IMG/VR virus record: IMGVR_UViG_3300004241_000001
Location: 32,001-96,000 of that record
Source: a virus
Lineage: Duplodnaviria > Caudoviricetes
DNA: 64,000 nucleotides
Direction: 5' to 3' (one strand)
Shown here: in pieces, positions 38,253-47,973 of the stretch
How positions within the stretch are numbered: position 1 is the first letter of the stretch
Layout: each line of letters starts with the position of its first letter
Notes under the pieces: generated by a model
The model's input: only the letters and a program-made list of their open reading frames with translations
Database searches by the model: none
Told to the model about the DNA's origin: nothing
Made by a program: the position numbers and the translations under genes

Positions 38253-38840
38253 TTAAAATGGTCTTTCGATAAAATTATAATACATGCCTAATTGTTTTAT
38301 TGTTTTAATGTCGCAACTTGTTCTTTTTGCAAATTCTTCTAAATTAATTAGATTATTATTTGAACATTCGTACATAATTTTTTTATAATCTTCTTTTGTA
38401 AGAATAAAAATCATAGTTGCTAATAAACAATAGTTTTCCACGCCCATATCATGAAAAAATCCATCAATCCAAAATGTATTATCATCATTAAAGTTTTCAT
38501 CTTGCGGATTTATAACGGCTTTTATTCCTATTTTAAAGAAACAGAAAAATATTGTGTATATTAATCTTAAATTAGTATTTCCATTTTTCCATAATCCATG
38601 ATATTTTTCGTTATTCCCAATTAGTATTTCTATTGGTTTTCCTTTTTGCTTGGAAATTACCGCCGAACCAGGAACTTTTCTGCTGTTGCCTATATCTAAA
38701 TATTCGTCAGATGAATACTTTAATTCAATACCAAACCCTTTAGCAAATAGTTCTCCGGTATTGTCGTCAATTTTTATATTTGCTTCATCCCAAAGTTTTC
38801 TTAATTGTTCGGCGAAATTTATAGCATCGGTTTTATCCAT
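38253..38840 (-). CDS. ImmA/IrrE (peptidase M78)-like protein lacking HEXXH
   Basis: Overall pattern (FGIELKY, GSAV, ILIGNN, RLIYTIFFCFFKI, ENYCLLATMIFILT, C-terminal HTH LEEFAKR). Confidence 0.45.
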   Translation of the reverse strand: MDKTDAINFAEQLRKLWDEANIKIDDNTGELFAKGFGIELKYSSDEYLDIGNSRKVPGSAVISKQKGKPIEILIGNNEKYHGLWKNGNTNLRLIYTIFFCFFKIGIKAVINPQDENFNDDNTFWIDGFFHDMGVENYCLLATMIFILTKEDYKKIMYECSNNNLINLEEFAKRTSCDIKTIKQLGMYYNFIERPF

Positions 38841-38842
38841 AA

Positions 38843-39364
38843 TTACCTCATTTTATATAATTGAAGCCTTGTTATAACAAAATCAACGGTATTTACCAAT
38901 ATTTGAGTCAGTAAAATATCTATCTTGAATTTTTCGCAAAGCTTTATTATATGCTCAACCATTTCATCTCTCTTTGAGCAATTACTTCTTTTTATAGACG
39001 ATGAAATCCAATCAGCAAACATTTCGATTATGTTTATAAGATTCATGTCATGAATTCCATTTTTAAAATGCTCTGGATGATGATTATTATTAAAAAAATG
39101 ATGTTTACAATATTCGTTTGATGCTACAAAATCGTTATATTCTTTAGTTCCGTATTTATATTTTTGTATTTGCGATAAAAACTCAATGAACATTGATAGT
39201 TCTGGTTCTTCCATTTTGGAATTATCATGAGTATCGACTCGATTATTTAATTCATCGATTATTATGGTCATAACTTCTTTAACATTATTTTTGTGGTTTT
39301 TCGTTATTTGTATCGCAAATTCTTTATCAGCTGTTTTCATTATGTGCGTATTTTCTATTTTCAT
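38843..39364 (-). CDS. DUF5662-like HD-type protein
   Basis: HDNSKMEEPE, HHFFNNNHHPEHF, MNLINIIEMFADW. Confidence 0.7.
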   Translation of the reverse strand: MKIENTHIMKTADKEFAIQITKNHKNNVKEVMTIIIDELNNRVDTHDNSKMEEPELSMFIEFLSQIQKYKYGTKEYNDFVASNEYCKHHFFNNNHHPEHFKNGIHDMNLINIIEMFADWISSSIKRSNCSKRDEMVEHIIKLCEKFKIDILLTQILVNTVDFVITRLQLYKMR

Positions 39365-40062
39365 TATTTATTCCCTCCAAATTTATTATACATTTCAGTT
39401 ACTTCATTTCTTGCTATTGTTGCTATTTGATCTTCAAAGCACTCTTTTGAACCGTTATTTGATACAATGTATTTTGGACAAACATCTTCAACCAGATCTG
39501 TACAGATTGTTCTTCCGACAATAAAATCCTGTTCGCTTGAATCATCTCTTAAACTTAACCAGTCTATAAATTCTTGGTCGCCAGGATTCCAACCTTTTCG
39601 TTTCATCATAACCGGGACAGAAACGGTTATATGAATATGAACCACTGATTCTTCTCCATATTTTGAAATTAAATAGTCTAATTCATTTTTAAATCTCAAA
39701 TCAGGTATTGGTAGAATAACCATATGATATTCTTCAAATTGAATCTTGTCTATTTCTTCACATAGTTTTTTAACCCATACATCTTTGTCTTTTGCCCGTT
39801 CTTCTTGACCATGATTAATTAATGGTTTTCTATTCTCACATTTATATTGTTCGTCATTAAACATTTTATATTCGTCAAGACCATATATTTTACAGACTTG
39901 TTTTTTGAGAGCGTCAGCAAATGATAATATTTCTGATTTAGGTCTTATCCAAAATCCACAATCATCTAGAAAATCACAGCGATTTTCTATTTCTTTTGCA
40001 GCTGTGCTTTTGCCTTCCTGCGGGAGATCGCTTGATATTGCAAATATTAATAAATTTTTCAT
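39364..40062 (-). CDS. Deoxynucleoside monophosphate kinase-like P-loop kinase
   Basis: EGKSTAA, SFADALK, IPDLRFKNE, VSNNGS. Confidence 0.75.
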   Translation of the reverse strand: MKNLLIFAISSDLPQEGKSTAAKEIENRCDFLDDCGFWIRPKSEILSFADALKKQVCKIYGLDEYKMFNDEQYKCENRKPLINHGQEERAKDKDVWVKKLCEEIDKIQFEEYHMVILPIPDLRFKNELDYLISKYGEESVVHIHITVSVPVMMKRKGWNPGDQEFIDWLSLRDDSSEQDFIVGRTICTDLVEDVCPKYIVSNNGSKECFEDQIATIARNEVTEMYNKFGGNK

Positions 40063-40065
40063 ATT

Positions 40066-40536
40066 TTACCTTCCTGTTAATTCTGGAATTATTACTATTT
40101 CTTTCTTTCGTATAATGTTATTAACTGTTCTAAAATTTTCGTATTTTTCATAGCTTTTCACTGACATAAATGATTTCTGTTTTTTATCTACTTCGTGTTG
40201 ATAAACATTTATCCATTCATATTCTATTGTCTTTTTTAATATAACCGGCGTTATTTCATATTTATCTTTTCGTTCAGTCGGGAATATTCCATCATCGAGA
40301 TATTTTATCAGTTCTTCTTTTTTTATATTATGTATCGAAAAGTTTATGTCGGTTAATTCACTAGGGCTTGATTTAAGAGTATAAATAACTCTATGCGGTT
40401 TTTCTTTATATTTGAATATTATTTCAAAATGAGTTCCGAAGTCATCAATGTAATTACAGATTCCATGACGATAAATATTTTTGTTATTTTCCAAAGGCCA
40501 TATTATATTTATAAGTTCATGTTTTTTTAGATACAT
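40066..40536 (-). CDS. Hypothetical protein
   Basis: 156-aa ORF. Confidence 0.55.
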   Translation of the reverse strand: MYLKKHELINIIWPLENNKNIYRHGICNYIDDFGTHFEIIFKYKEKPHRVIYTLKSSPSELTDINFSIHNIKKEELIKYLDDGIFPTERKDKYEITPVILKKTIEYEWINVYQHEVDKKQKSFMSVKSYEKYENFRTVNNIIRKKEIVIIPELTGR

Positions 40537-40539
40537 ACT

Positions 40540-41169
40540 TTACCTTTCAACTGATTTTAAACCATCATTTTTATACCATTCCAAGAATTTTTTCATTACC
40601 AGAGAGGAATTGTTTACAACTTCTTTCATTAAAGAATCAACAATATGCCTTATTTCTTCCTGCGCCTTTTTAGAATGTCTTTGCGGATATATTGAACAAA
40701 GAAAATCCCTTAGGTTAAATTTAAACCTCATTTGGGTCATAAGCCCCTGAGGAAGAAAATACCTTGCGTCCTCCGCTTTGATTCCAGATTCAATTAGTTG
40801 TCTATAAAGGCCCATTGCCTCTTCTACAAATGGCCTTACATCCTCTTCTTTTATTGAAGGAGGAAGATAAAAATCAACTTTGTCTTCTTTGCAATAACGC
40901 CCCGATTTAACCATCATAACTGAGTTCCAATGCCTTGTTATTTGTTTTAAAGCAACGATACTTAATTGTATTTTAAAATCAAAGTCAAGGAATTCAAAAA
41001 CGCTATAATGCTTACGATTCCAGAAACTTTTAAGTTGTTCATATATTTCATCATCTGTTTTATCTGATTTATTTTCTCGGTCATAACATATGCCAGCTGT
41101 TTTACAAATAAAGCGGCCATCACATTCATCATTTTTTGTTCTTTTAATTAATTCAACTCCTGGTTGCAT
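40540..41169 (-). CDS. thyX: Flavin-dependent thymidylate synthase
   Basis: HYSVFEF, QITRH...SGRY, EDARYFLP, AQEEIR. Confidence 0.92.
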   Translation of the reverse strand: MQPGVELIKRTKNDECDGRFICKTAGICYDRENKSDKTDDEIYEQLKSFWNRKHYSVFEFLDFDFKIQLSIVALKQITRHWNSVMMVKSGRYCKEDKVDFYLPPSIKEEDVRPFVEEAMGLYRQLIESGIKAEDARYFLPQGLMTQMRFKFNLRDFLCSIYPQRHSKKAQEEIRHIVDSLMKEVVNNSSLVMKKFLEWYKNDGLKSVER

Positions 41170-41180
41170 ATTAACACCTC

Positions 41181-41443
41181 TTACTTTACATAATTTCCTT
41201 CGTAATCATTTTCTTTAACTACTTCTATGTTAATAATATATTCAATTTTTATATTACTAATATGGCTTTTAAATTTTCAGAACAATCTATTTCAATTGAT
41301 TCTGTGTTGATTGATTTAAATATTCCTTCTCTTGGTTCTTTATGATCTGTCCAAAATCTTATAAAGTCTCCTTCTTTTACATGGATGTATTGTTTGTCGT
41401 TTGTTTCAATAACGAAGGCCCTAATTGGATAAAGTATTTTCAT
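41181..41443 (-). CDS. Hypothetical protein with a -1 frameshift at T TTA AAA
   Basis: 0-frame stops at 41249; the -1 frame continues KSHISNIKIEYIINIEVVKENDYEGNYVK* to 41181, abutting the thyX SD. Confidence 0.5.
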
Positions 41444-41745
41444 TCTTCTTTCGCCTCTACTTCGAAATCTTTGCCTACTAACTGTTTATAATATTCCATT
41501 TTGCCAGGAGTCCACGGTCGCAATGTTGTAAAAATATTTCCATATTCTTTCAGGAAAATAAGTCTAATATATCTTCCTTCTTTCGGTAAAGGAAAGCGAA
41601 ATCCGTCTGTATCGTATTTTTTAAATTCAAAACTTAATATTGATAACTCAACTTCATCCGCTCCAAGTAATTTAGCTTGTTTTACTACGGTTCCGTCTTT
41701 TAACAAGAGTTTTGAGTAAATGTGACAAAATTTTATTTTATTCAT
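41440..41745 (-). CDS. Hypothetical phage protein
   Basis: IKFCHIYSKL...FTTLRPWTPGKMEYYK. Confidence 0.6.
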   Translation of the reverse strand: MNKIKFCHIYSKLLLKDGTVVKQAKLLGADEVELSILSFEFKKYDTDGFRFPLPKEGRYIRLIFLKEYGNIFTTLRPWTPGKMEYYKQLVGKDFEVEAKEE

Positions 41746-42238
41746 TTAACATCCTTATCGCTTTATTAGCCAGTTTTCTTGTAAGTCCATTTTTCCACGA
41801 TGTCTGGATAAGGTGATCTTTTAAATCGCTCATGTCCGAATCATCGTCGATTATAACTATTTTATCAATATTAAAATTTACTTTATCGTTGTTTTTAATC
41901 CATGCTTTTATTTCCGAACCGCGACAAACATACTCGGAGCCATCGGAGAATAAATTTGTATAAGTAAAATTAGGAGTTTTCCCGATTATGACAGAAGGAT
42001 CGATATTATGTATTACAAAATTCGTTTCTATCGCTCCAATACGCTGTTCAAATAACCTCCATGTTGATGATATGACTATTTTGCAATCTGTTTTATCTAT
42101 TATTCTTTTTAAGTGCCTCATGCAAGATGGTTGAAAATACAAATCCATATGATTAATTCTTCCGAATTTTTTGACTCGTTCTATTTGAAACTGTTCGGTA
42201 TTCAATACTCCGTCACAATCAAGGAAAACTACTTTCAT
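41738..42238 (-). CDS. HAD-superfamily phosphatase (RNA-repair-type HAD)
   Basis: VFLDCDGVLN, IVISSTWR, RGSEIKAW, VIIDDDSDM; likely start ATG 42238. Confidence 0.8.
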   Translation of the reverse strand: MKVVFLDCDGVLNTEQFQIERVKKFGRINHMDLYFQPSCMRHLKRIIDKTDCKIVISSTWRLFEQRIGAIETNFVIHNIDPSVIIGKTPNFTYTNLFSDGSEYVCRGSEIKAWIKNNDKVNFNIDKIVIIDDDSDMSDLKDHLIQTSWKNGLTRKLANKAIRMLNE

Positions 42239-42239
42239 T

Positions 42240-42827
42240 TTATTTTTTGCCTTTCGCCGGCGCAATTGAAGCAGTTGTTTTATATCCACCTGAGCTTCCA
42301 AAACCTTTATGTGACGTTTCTTTAATATCTTTTACGACTTCTATATCAACCGGGAACGTCGGGAAGAATATTAATTGAGCAATCTTTTCTCCGGCTTCGA
42401 TTACCACCGGTTCGAACCCTGCGTTCTCAACAATAAGTCCATGTTCGGAGCGAAATGATTCATCGATAAGACCAATGCTGTTACATACTCTTATATGTTT
42501 TTTTAAACACAAACTGCTTCTTGGTAATAGCAGAGCAAGCGAGTTTTCAGGGTAAATTAATTTGATATTTAGTGGGATAATTACTTCTATCGGATTTTCT
42601 TCAATAACCTGATTTAATGAGTTCTGGCTAAGTCCGGCGAGTCTTGAATTATAATAATGCATTCTTGATAAGAATGACGGCTTTATTTCAACCGCTTCTC
42701 TTGCAAACAAATCCATTCCCGCGGCTAATACGTCCTTTCCATCGATTTTTGTTACGTTATAAAATGGCGTATCTATTTTCGGATTTATCTTTTCCATTAA
42801 CACCACCATTTTGTTTTTTGCTTCCAT
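42240..42827 (-). CDS. dut: Trimeric dUTPase
   Basis: AGMDL, PRSSL, GLIDESFRSE, EKIAQL, GFGSSG; likely start ATG 42827. Confidence 0.9.
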   Translation of the reverse strand: MEAKNKMVVLMEKINPKIDTPFYNVTKIDGKDVLAAGMDLFAREAVEIKPSFLSRMHYYNSRLAGLSQNSLNQVIEENPIEVIIPLNIKLIYPENSLALLLPRSSLCLKKHIRVCNSIGLIDESFRSEHGLIVENAGFEPVVIEAGEKIAQLIFFPTFPVDIEVVKDIKETSHKGFGSSGGYKTTASIAPAKGKK

Positions 42828-42840
42828 TTTAAACTCTCCC

Positions 42841-43179
42841 TTATAATAAAATTTTGACACCGAGTAATACTTCCGCAAGCGATAAACTAATGTTGTCAGA
42901 ATACGAAAGAATAAATTCGGCCATCTTTAAATTGACTCTTGATTCGGATTTTTTCTCGCCTATTGTTACTTCAACGCGGCAATCGTTATCGTGAAATAAC
43001 GCATCAACGAGATATATTTTTTGAGAAAACACTTTGATTTCAAATACTTTTACAGAACCAGAACAACGGAATTTTTTAAAGAATCCGTAATCTGTGTTTT
43101 TTAATCCGTAATTTTTTTCCATTTCTACTAAAGAATAAGTATCTTGCGATTTTCCAAAAAACGATTGTTCTGATTCCAT
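42841..43179 (-). CDS. Hypothetical protein
   Basis: GGAGG SD before ATG 43179. Confidence 0.55.
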   Translation of the reverse strand: MESEQSFFGKSQDTYSLVEMEKNYGLKNTDYGFFKKFRCSGSVKVFEIKVFSQKIYLVDALFHDNDCRVEVTIGEKKSESRVNLKMAEFILSYSDNISLSLAEVLLGVKILL

Positions 43180-43203
43180 AACGCCTCCAAACATAATATA
43201 CAA

Positions 43204-43232
43204 AGTATATACGAATTTTGTTTAAAAGTCAA
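43204..43232 (-). promoter_or_regulatory. Sigma70-type promoter
   Basis: TTGACT, 17 bp spacer, TATACT. Confidence 0.65.
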
Positions 43233-43527
43233 GTATTATTTGATTTTACCTCGAAAATTACTAACTACTTATTCTCCAGGATCAAAACATATCTGACTCA
43301 GCACACGATATGGCATCGTTTGATCTAATTTTTATATTATAATATTCGCAAATACCTCGGTGTATATTATTTCTTTGGCATGTTATACACATTCGTTTTG
43401 ATTCTCCAGGGCTTATGAACGCTCCATGCTCTCGCAGTTCCCGGCTCGTAAAATCCAGATTTGTAAAAATTACTTAAACCCCAATAATCATCGTATGATT
43501 TGTAAGACTTGATTGTTTTAAAATCTC

Positions 43528-43692
43528 TCATTTGCTCTCTTTTATTCCGTTCCAATATGTTATTAGAGGGCTTGTTTCATCATCATAATAAGCGGTACAG
43601 CCAAATTGCCAAATCTCAATAGGTTTGAAAAATAAGCCGCACCACAAATTATGACAATGACCGCAATCCACGCATCTTTTAATTAAGAACAT
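43528..43692 (-). CDS. Small Cys-rich protein, 54 aa (not in the ORF track)
   Basis: MFLIKRCVDCGHCHNLWCGLFFKPIEIWQFGCTAYYDD...ESK*; overlaps both neighbours. Confidence 0.5.
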   Translation of the reverse strand: MFLIKRCVDCGHCHNLWCGLFFKPIEIWQFGCTAYYDDETSPLITYWNGIKESK

Positions 43693-44201
43693 ATAATCTT
43701 GCTTTCATGTATTCTTGCGTTAACCATTCTTTTCTCAAACATTTCTGATTCTTTTAATTCAACCATATTTGAGAAATCAGATATTTGCCTTGTTTCAGAA
43801 GATATGATAACTATTTCAAGATTAGGCAAAACAAATATTTCGCAGTTTTCAAGTATTAAATTAACATTAAGTATTTTCATCAACATATCTTGAGTTGAAT
43901 AATATTCGAGATTATATTTTTTAACAACTTCTTGCCACTTCTTATTTATTTCGCTATCGTTTTTAGCAATTCCATAATTCATTGTTTTATTCGGAACGCG
44001 AAATTGTTTTTGAATAGTTTTATCAAGAACTTCAATTCCTTCTATTTCAAGAGTTGTCATATTTGATTTGATTTTTACATCTTTCGGCAACCCCATATCG
44101 CTATAAATTTCTTTACTAAATAACGATAATCTCTTGTTTTGTTTTATCATTTCTGCGATTTCATCTTTTAAAGTATTTATTGGTGTAAAGTATCTTTTCA
44201 T
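43683..44201 (-). CDS. Hypothetical protein
   Basis: 172-aa ORF with GGAAGG SD. Confidence 0.6.
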   Translation of the reverse strand: MKRYFTPINTLKDEIAEMIKQNKRLSLFSKEIYSDMGLPKDVKIKSNMTTLEIEGIEVLDKTIQKQFRVPNKTMNYGIAKNDSEINKKWQEVVKKYNLEYYSTQDMLMKILNVNLILENCEIFVLPNLEIVIISSETRQISDFSNMVELKESEMFEKRMVNARIHESKIICS

Positions 44202-44212
44202 AATTACCTTCC

Positions 44213-46144
44213 TTATTTTAATAAATTATTGAATTCTTCTTCGTTGATTATTTTTGTTCCAAGTTTTTTAGCTTTATCGAGTTTTGAACCGCAATCTTCG
44301 CCGGCGAGTAAAACATTTATAGACTTCGTTACGGAGTCAGAAACATTGCCGCCATTCTCTTTTATAATTACAGAGAATTCGTTTCTTGGCTTGCTGAGAG
44401 TTCCGGTAATACAAAATGTCATTCCTGATAACTTCCCTACCATCACAGCTTTCTTTTCAACTGTTTTCTCCAAGGTAAACATAGAAATTATTTCTTTTGC
44501 TAATTTTAAGTTTTTGTTCTTCCATTCATTTATTGATTTTGAACATTCTATCCCAAAAATAGATGAACTTACAGGTTCGTCAGAAAACAACATATCGAAT
44601 ATTTCAGAATTGTTTTTTGATAGTCTTTCATATGAATTTCTTCCAAAATCTGTTATGCCAAGTCCAGCAATTAAATCAACTTTACGACATCCTGCTCTTT
44701 TGTTTTGTATGCTTTTAAATATTTTGCCAGCAATAACCTTTGAACCAATATATTCTTCAAGAAGCCCAAGTTCAAGGTCTAAAAAATAATAAGTAATTAA
44801 GTTTTGATTTATTCCTGCATTTTCAGATAAACCACGATATTCATATTCAAACTCATATGCAATTTTATCGCAGTTCTTCTCTCCCATATTGTCAATTTCA
44901 ACCTCGTCACAAAAATGTTCAAGTGCCTTCGACACTCTTTTATAACATAGAGTATTTTTGCAAGACAATGTTCTTATTCCTGTTTCTGATTTAGAAATAT
45001 ATATCGGAGATTTACAATAAGGGCATTCTTTTGGAATCTCATAACCGCTCGATCCTTCCGGTAACTCGCCGGATATTATTTTCGGAATGACTTTATTTGC
45101 TCTTACGACTTCAACAGTTGAACCAATTACAACATTATAAATCATCATATTGTCAATATTTGTCATACTTACGCGAGATATTGTAGCTCCATCGAGGACT
45201 ATTGGTTTTATTATCGCAACCGGCGAAAGCGTTCCGTTACGGCTCATAGATAATTCTATTTTTTCAACAGTTGACGTCATGCTTTCGTCTTTAAACTTTA
45301 ATGCACAAGCGTATTTTGGATGATGATTGTTATAACCGATTTCTTCATATCTTGTTTTATTATTAAGCATAAATACAATTCCGTCGGTCTTGTACCACAA
45401 GGAGTCGATTATTTCTTGTAATTGTTCCATCGTTTTATTTGACATAAAAGCCTCTGAATTTTCAAAGAATACATTAATAAAACCTAATTGGAAAAGGTCT
45501 TTTATATCAAATTCAAATGTGTTATTATGAGTAGGCGATATTTTATAAGCAATAAATTGAAGATTTCTTGATTTAACGACATCGTCTTTTTCGCATTTTA
45601 AGGTTCCCGCCGCAAGATTTCGAGCATCAGAGAATTTTTCATCATCAGGCAGTTCTGCATTAATCTTTTTAAAATCATTTTTTGAAACAACTATTTCGCC
45701 GTAAACGCACACTAATTCTCTTTTGGTATTTATTACCGGAGGAATACTTGAAATATTTTTCGCGTTGAATAAGACCGGCTCGCCAAAAATTCCATCGCCG
45801 CGTGTTGACATTTGAGAAAGTCTGCCTTTGATATAAACGAGTTCTACAGGAAGACCATCGACTTTTGCCATCGCTATAACTCCACCTGCAACCTTATTGC
45901 AAAATTTATAATATTCGTCAATTGAATGAATTTTATCGAGAGAATACATGCGATTGATATGTTTAATTTTATCTTTCATTGAGTACGAGCCGACAGCATT
46001 TAAAAGAGCGTTGTTTGGATCAAGTTTATTTAATTCGTTTTCAAGAGCGTCGTATTCAACATCGGTTAGTGGCGAAGTTCCGTTGCTATAATAAAGCTCC
46101 CGGCAAACTTGAATCATATTTTCTAAAAAGTTTATTCTATTCAT
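44213..46144 (-). CDS. ligA: NAD-dependent DNA ligase
   Basis: DVEYD, KVDG adenylation motif, STRGDG, ARNLAAG, TDGIV, C4 Zn finger, BRCT (FCITGTLS...KLDKAKKLG). Confidence 0.95.
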   Translation of the reverse strand: MNRINFLENMIQVCRELYYSNGTSPLTDVEYDALENELNKLDPNNALLNAVGSYSMKDKIKHINRMYSLDKIHSIDEYYKFCNKVAGGVIAMAKVDGLPVELVYIKGRLSQMSTRGDGIFGEPVLFNAKNISSIPPVINTKRELVCVYGEIVVSKNDFKKINAELPDDEKFSDARNLAAGTLKCEKDDVVKSRNLQFIAYKISPTHNNTFEFDIKDLFQLGFINVFFENSEAFMSNKTMEQLQEIIDSLWYKTDGIVFMLNNKTRYEEIGYNNHHPKYACALKFKDESMTSTVEKIELSMSRNGTLSPVAIIKPIVLDGATISRVSMTNIDNMMIYNVVIGSTVEVVRANKVIPKIISGELPEGSSGYEIPKECPYCKSPIYISKSETGIRTLSCKNTLCYKRVSKALEHFCDEVEIDNMGEKNCDKIAYEFEYEYRGLSENAGINQNLITYYFLDLELGLLEEYIGSKVIAGKIFKSIQNKRAGCRKVDLIAGLGITDFGRNSYERLSKNNSEIFDMLFSDEPVSSSIFGIECSKSINEWKNKNLKLAKEIISMFTLEKTVEKKAVMVGKLSGMTFCITGTLSKPRNEFSVIIKENGGNVSDSVTKSINVLLAGEDCGSKLDKAKKLGTKIINEEEFNNLLK

Positions 46145-46165
46145 TTTTATTACTCCTTTGGTTTG

Positions 46166-46351
46166 TTATACTTTTATCAATATCAAATCTTTTGTTTCGC
46201 TTGGTTTATTGGCATATATAGATGTAGAATTAATTTTTCTTATAGTTTTTATTTCCTTGAATTCAAAAACTCCTTTTTCAACGAATTCTATCTTTACTTC
46301 TGTTTTTTCAGGATATTTTTTAAGTTCTTTTATTAATTCACTTTTTGTCAT
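46166..46351 (-). CDS. Hypothetical phage protein
   Basis: MTKSELIKELKKYPE start typical of small phage proteins. Confidence 0.6.
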   Translation of the reverse strand: MTKSELIKELKKYPEKTEVKIEFVEKGVFEFKEIKTIRKINSTSIYANKPSETKDLILIKV

Positions 46352-46369
46352 TTTGACTCTCCATTTTAT

Positions 46370-46521
46370 TTATAATTTTTTAGTCAGTTCTACTATATCT
46401 ATAACAAAACTCATTATTTCATCTATTTCTCTCTTCTTTAGTTTTTTAGTTATACTGGACAACATTAGTTTCATATTTTCTTTTTATCTGTTATTTTATC
46501 TCTTATTTCGAATTTCGTCAT
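46370..46521 (-). pseudogene. Small helical ORF broken by a one-base frameshift in AAAAAG
   Basis: AAGGAG SD; a -1 shift gives MTKFEIRDKITDKKENMKLMLSSITKKLKKREIDEIMSFVIDIVELTKKL*. Confidence 0.4.
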
Positions 46522-46533
46522 ATTCTCTCCTTT

Positions 46534-46827
46534 TTATTTAAGTGTCGCTATATATATTAAAACAATACTTGAAAGAATTATTAACATAAATGATTGAAAA
46601 TCGAAATCTGGTTCGGTAAGGTCCGGCTCGATGTTAGGCGGAGGATTTGATTTTCTTCTCATTGGTTCAGGAGTTGTCGTTGTTAAAGAATTAAGTATAT
46701 CCATTATTTTTGTTTCTCTGCAAATTTTTTTCTTTGCGGATTTCCAACATTTTCTACAAATACTCGGAGCTAAATTCCAATGCCTGAACATTGGTAATTT
46801 TTTATTACAAATTAAGCATTTTTTCAT
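46534..46827 (-). CDS. Zn-finger membrane protein
   Basis: CLIC...CRKC with a C-terminal TM helix; likely start ATG 46827. Confidence 0.55.
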   Translation of the reverse strand: MKKCLICNKKLPMFRHWNLAPSICRKCWKSAKKKICRETKIMDILNSLTTTTPEPMRRKSNPPPNIEPDLTEPDFDFQSFMLIILSSIVLIYIATLK

Positions 46828-46828
46828 C

Positions 46829-47212
46829 TTAATCAACTCCGTATTTAGGTTTAAATTTTTCTGTAAACTCGTTATATGGGCGGGAATAAGTAACGAATTT
46901 GTTTTCTTCGGAAGAATACACAACATCAAATTCTTGAGTTTTTGTATTAAAACAAATAAACTGCACATTATATAAAGTGTTATGTTTTATATTTATTTGA
47001 CGAATCGCAAGAGAATTTGTTAATTGTTGAATTTTATCAGCTATTTCTTTTGGTTCTAACCTTGGTTTTTCGAGTTTTTCTTTTATTATTTTTATGTATC
47101 TTTTTATCACTTCTTTTAACAAATCATTTTGTATTTCCTCTATACAGATTAGTCTGACCAATGTTTCATCTGCCTCTTGAGAAAAATCAATTTCATACTT
47201 CGTTTCTGGCAT
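46829..47212 (-). CDS. DUF1653-like protein
   Basis: LYNVQFICFNTKTQEFDVVYS...YSRPYNEFTEKF. Confidence 0.6.
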   Translation of the reverse strand: MPETKYEIDFSQEADETLVRLICIEEIQNDLLKEVIKRYIKIIKEKLEKPRLEPKEIADKIQQLTNSLAIRQINIKHNTLYNVQFICFNTKTQEFDVVYSSEENKFVTYSRPYNEFTEKFKPKYGVD

Positions 47213-47223
47213 AAATAGCTCCT

Positions 47224-47958
47224 TTATTGTATTTTTTCTAAATCTTTAATTTTGTCTAAATATTTCTCTTTTTGTTTCTGAATGTTTTTTCTTAAGAAAT
47301 CCATAAAGCTTTCATTTTTATGAATAAACTCTTCGAGTTTATCTTTGTGCATTTGTATAGCGGCCAACAAATCATCGGATAAATCATCAAAATCTCGTTC
47401 GTTTTCTATATAGTCTTCAACATCATCTTCTATTTCAGAAATAATATATTTTTCTGCTTCTTCGTATGTTTCTGTAAACTTTACGCCTCTAAAAGAATAA
47501 TAACAAGGGAGATGCGAATAGACATTAAGAGAAATACTGAGTTTGAATTCATCGTTATATTTTTCAATAGGTATTATTTCATAACTTTGTAATAGTACAA
47601 TATACTTTATTTTACCTTCAATTAATTTATCAATAATAATTAATTCATTAGGCTTGTCTTTTAAAAGTTTTTCTTTTTGTTTAGTTATTTTTTTAATTTC
47701 TTCTTGTTTTTTTTCTATTTCTTCGTTTAGTTCATATGCTTTATTATTTACTTTTTCACAATATTCTTTTAAAGTTTTAAGTTCTTCGTTATATTTAGCC
47801 ATTGGCGGAGTTTTGTCATAAAATACTTTTACAAAATAAGGTTCTCCTAATGTTTCAACTCCATTATATTCAGATATATTTTGCACAACGGCACCCTCTG
47901 TTATTTTACAAAGAACCTTTATCTTTCTTCCATCAAATGTATATTTTTCTTGTTCCAT
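47224..47958 (-). CDS. Coiled-coil hypothetical protein
   Basis: 244-aa ORF. Confidence 0.6.
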   Translation of the reverse strand: MEQEKYTFDGRKIKVLCKITEGAVVQNISEYNGVETLGEPYFVKVFYDKTPPMAKYNEELKTLKEYCEKVNNKAYELNEEIEKKQEEIKKITKQKEKLLKDKPNELIIIDKLIEGKIKYIVLLQSYEIIPIEKYNDEFKLSISLNVYSHLPCYYSFRGVKFTETYEEAEKYIISEIEDDVEDYIENERDFDDLSDDLLAAIQMHKDKLEEFIHKNESFMDFLRKNIQKQKEKYLDKIKDLEKIQ

Positions 47959-47973
47959 TTTTATCCCCGTCCT

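Noticed and set aside
42408-42420. GGTTCGAACCC, a tRNA T-loop-like motif
   Set aside because: Lies inside the dUTPase coding sequence with no cloverleaf around it
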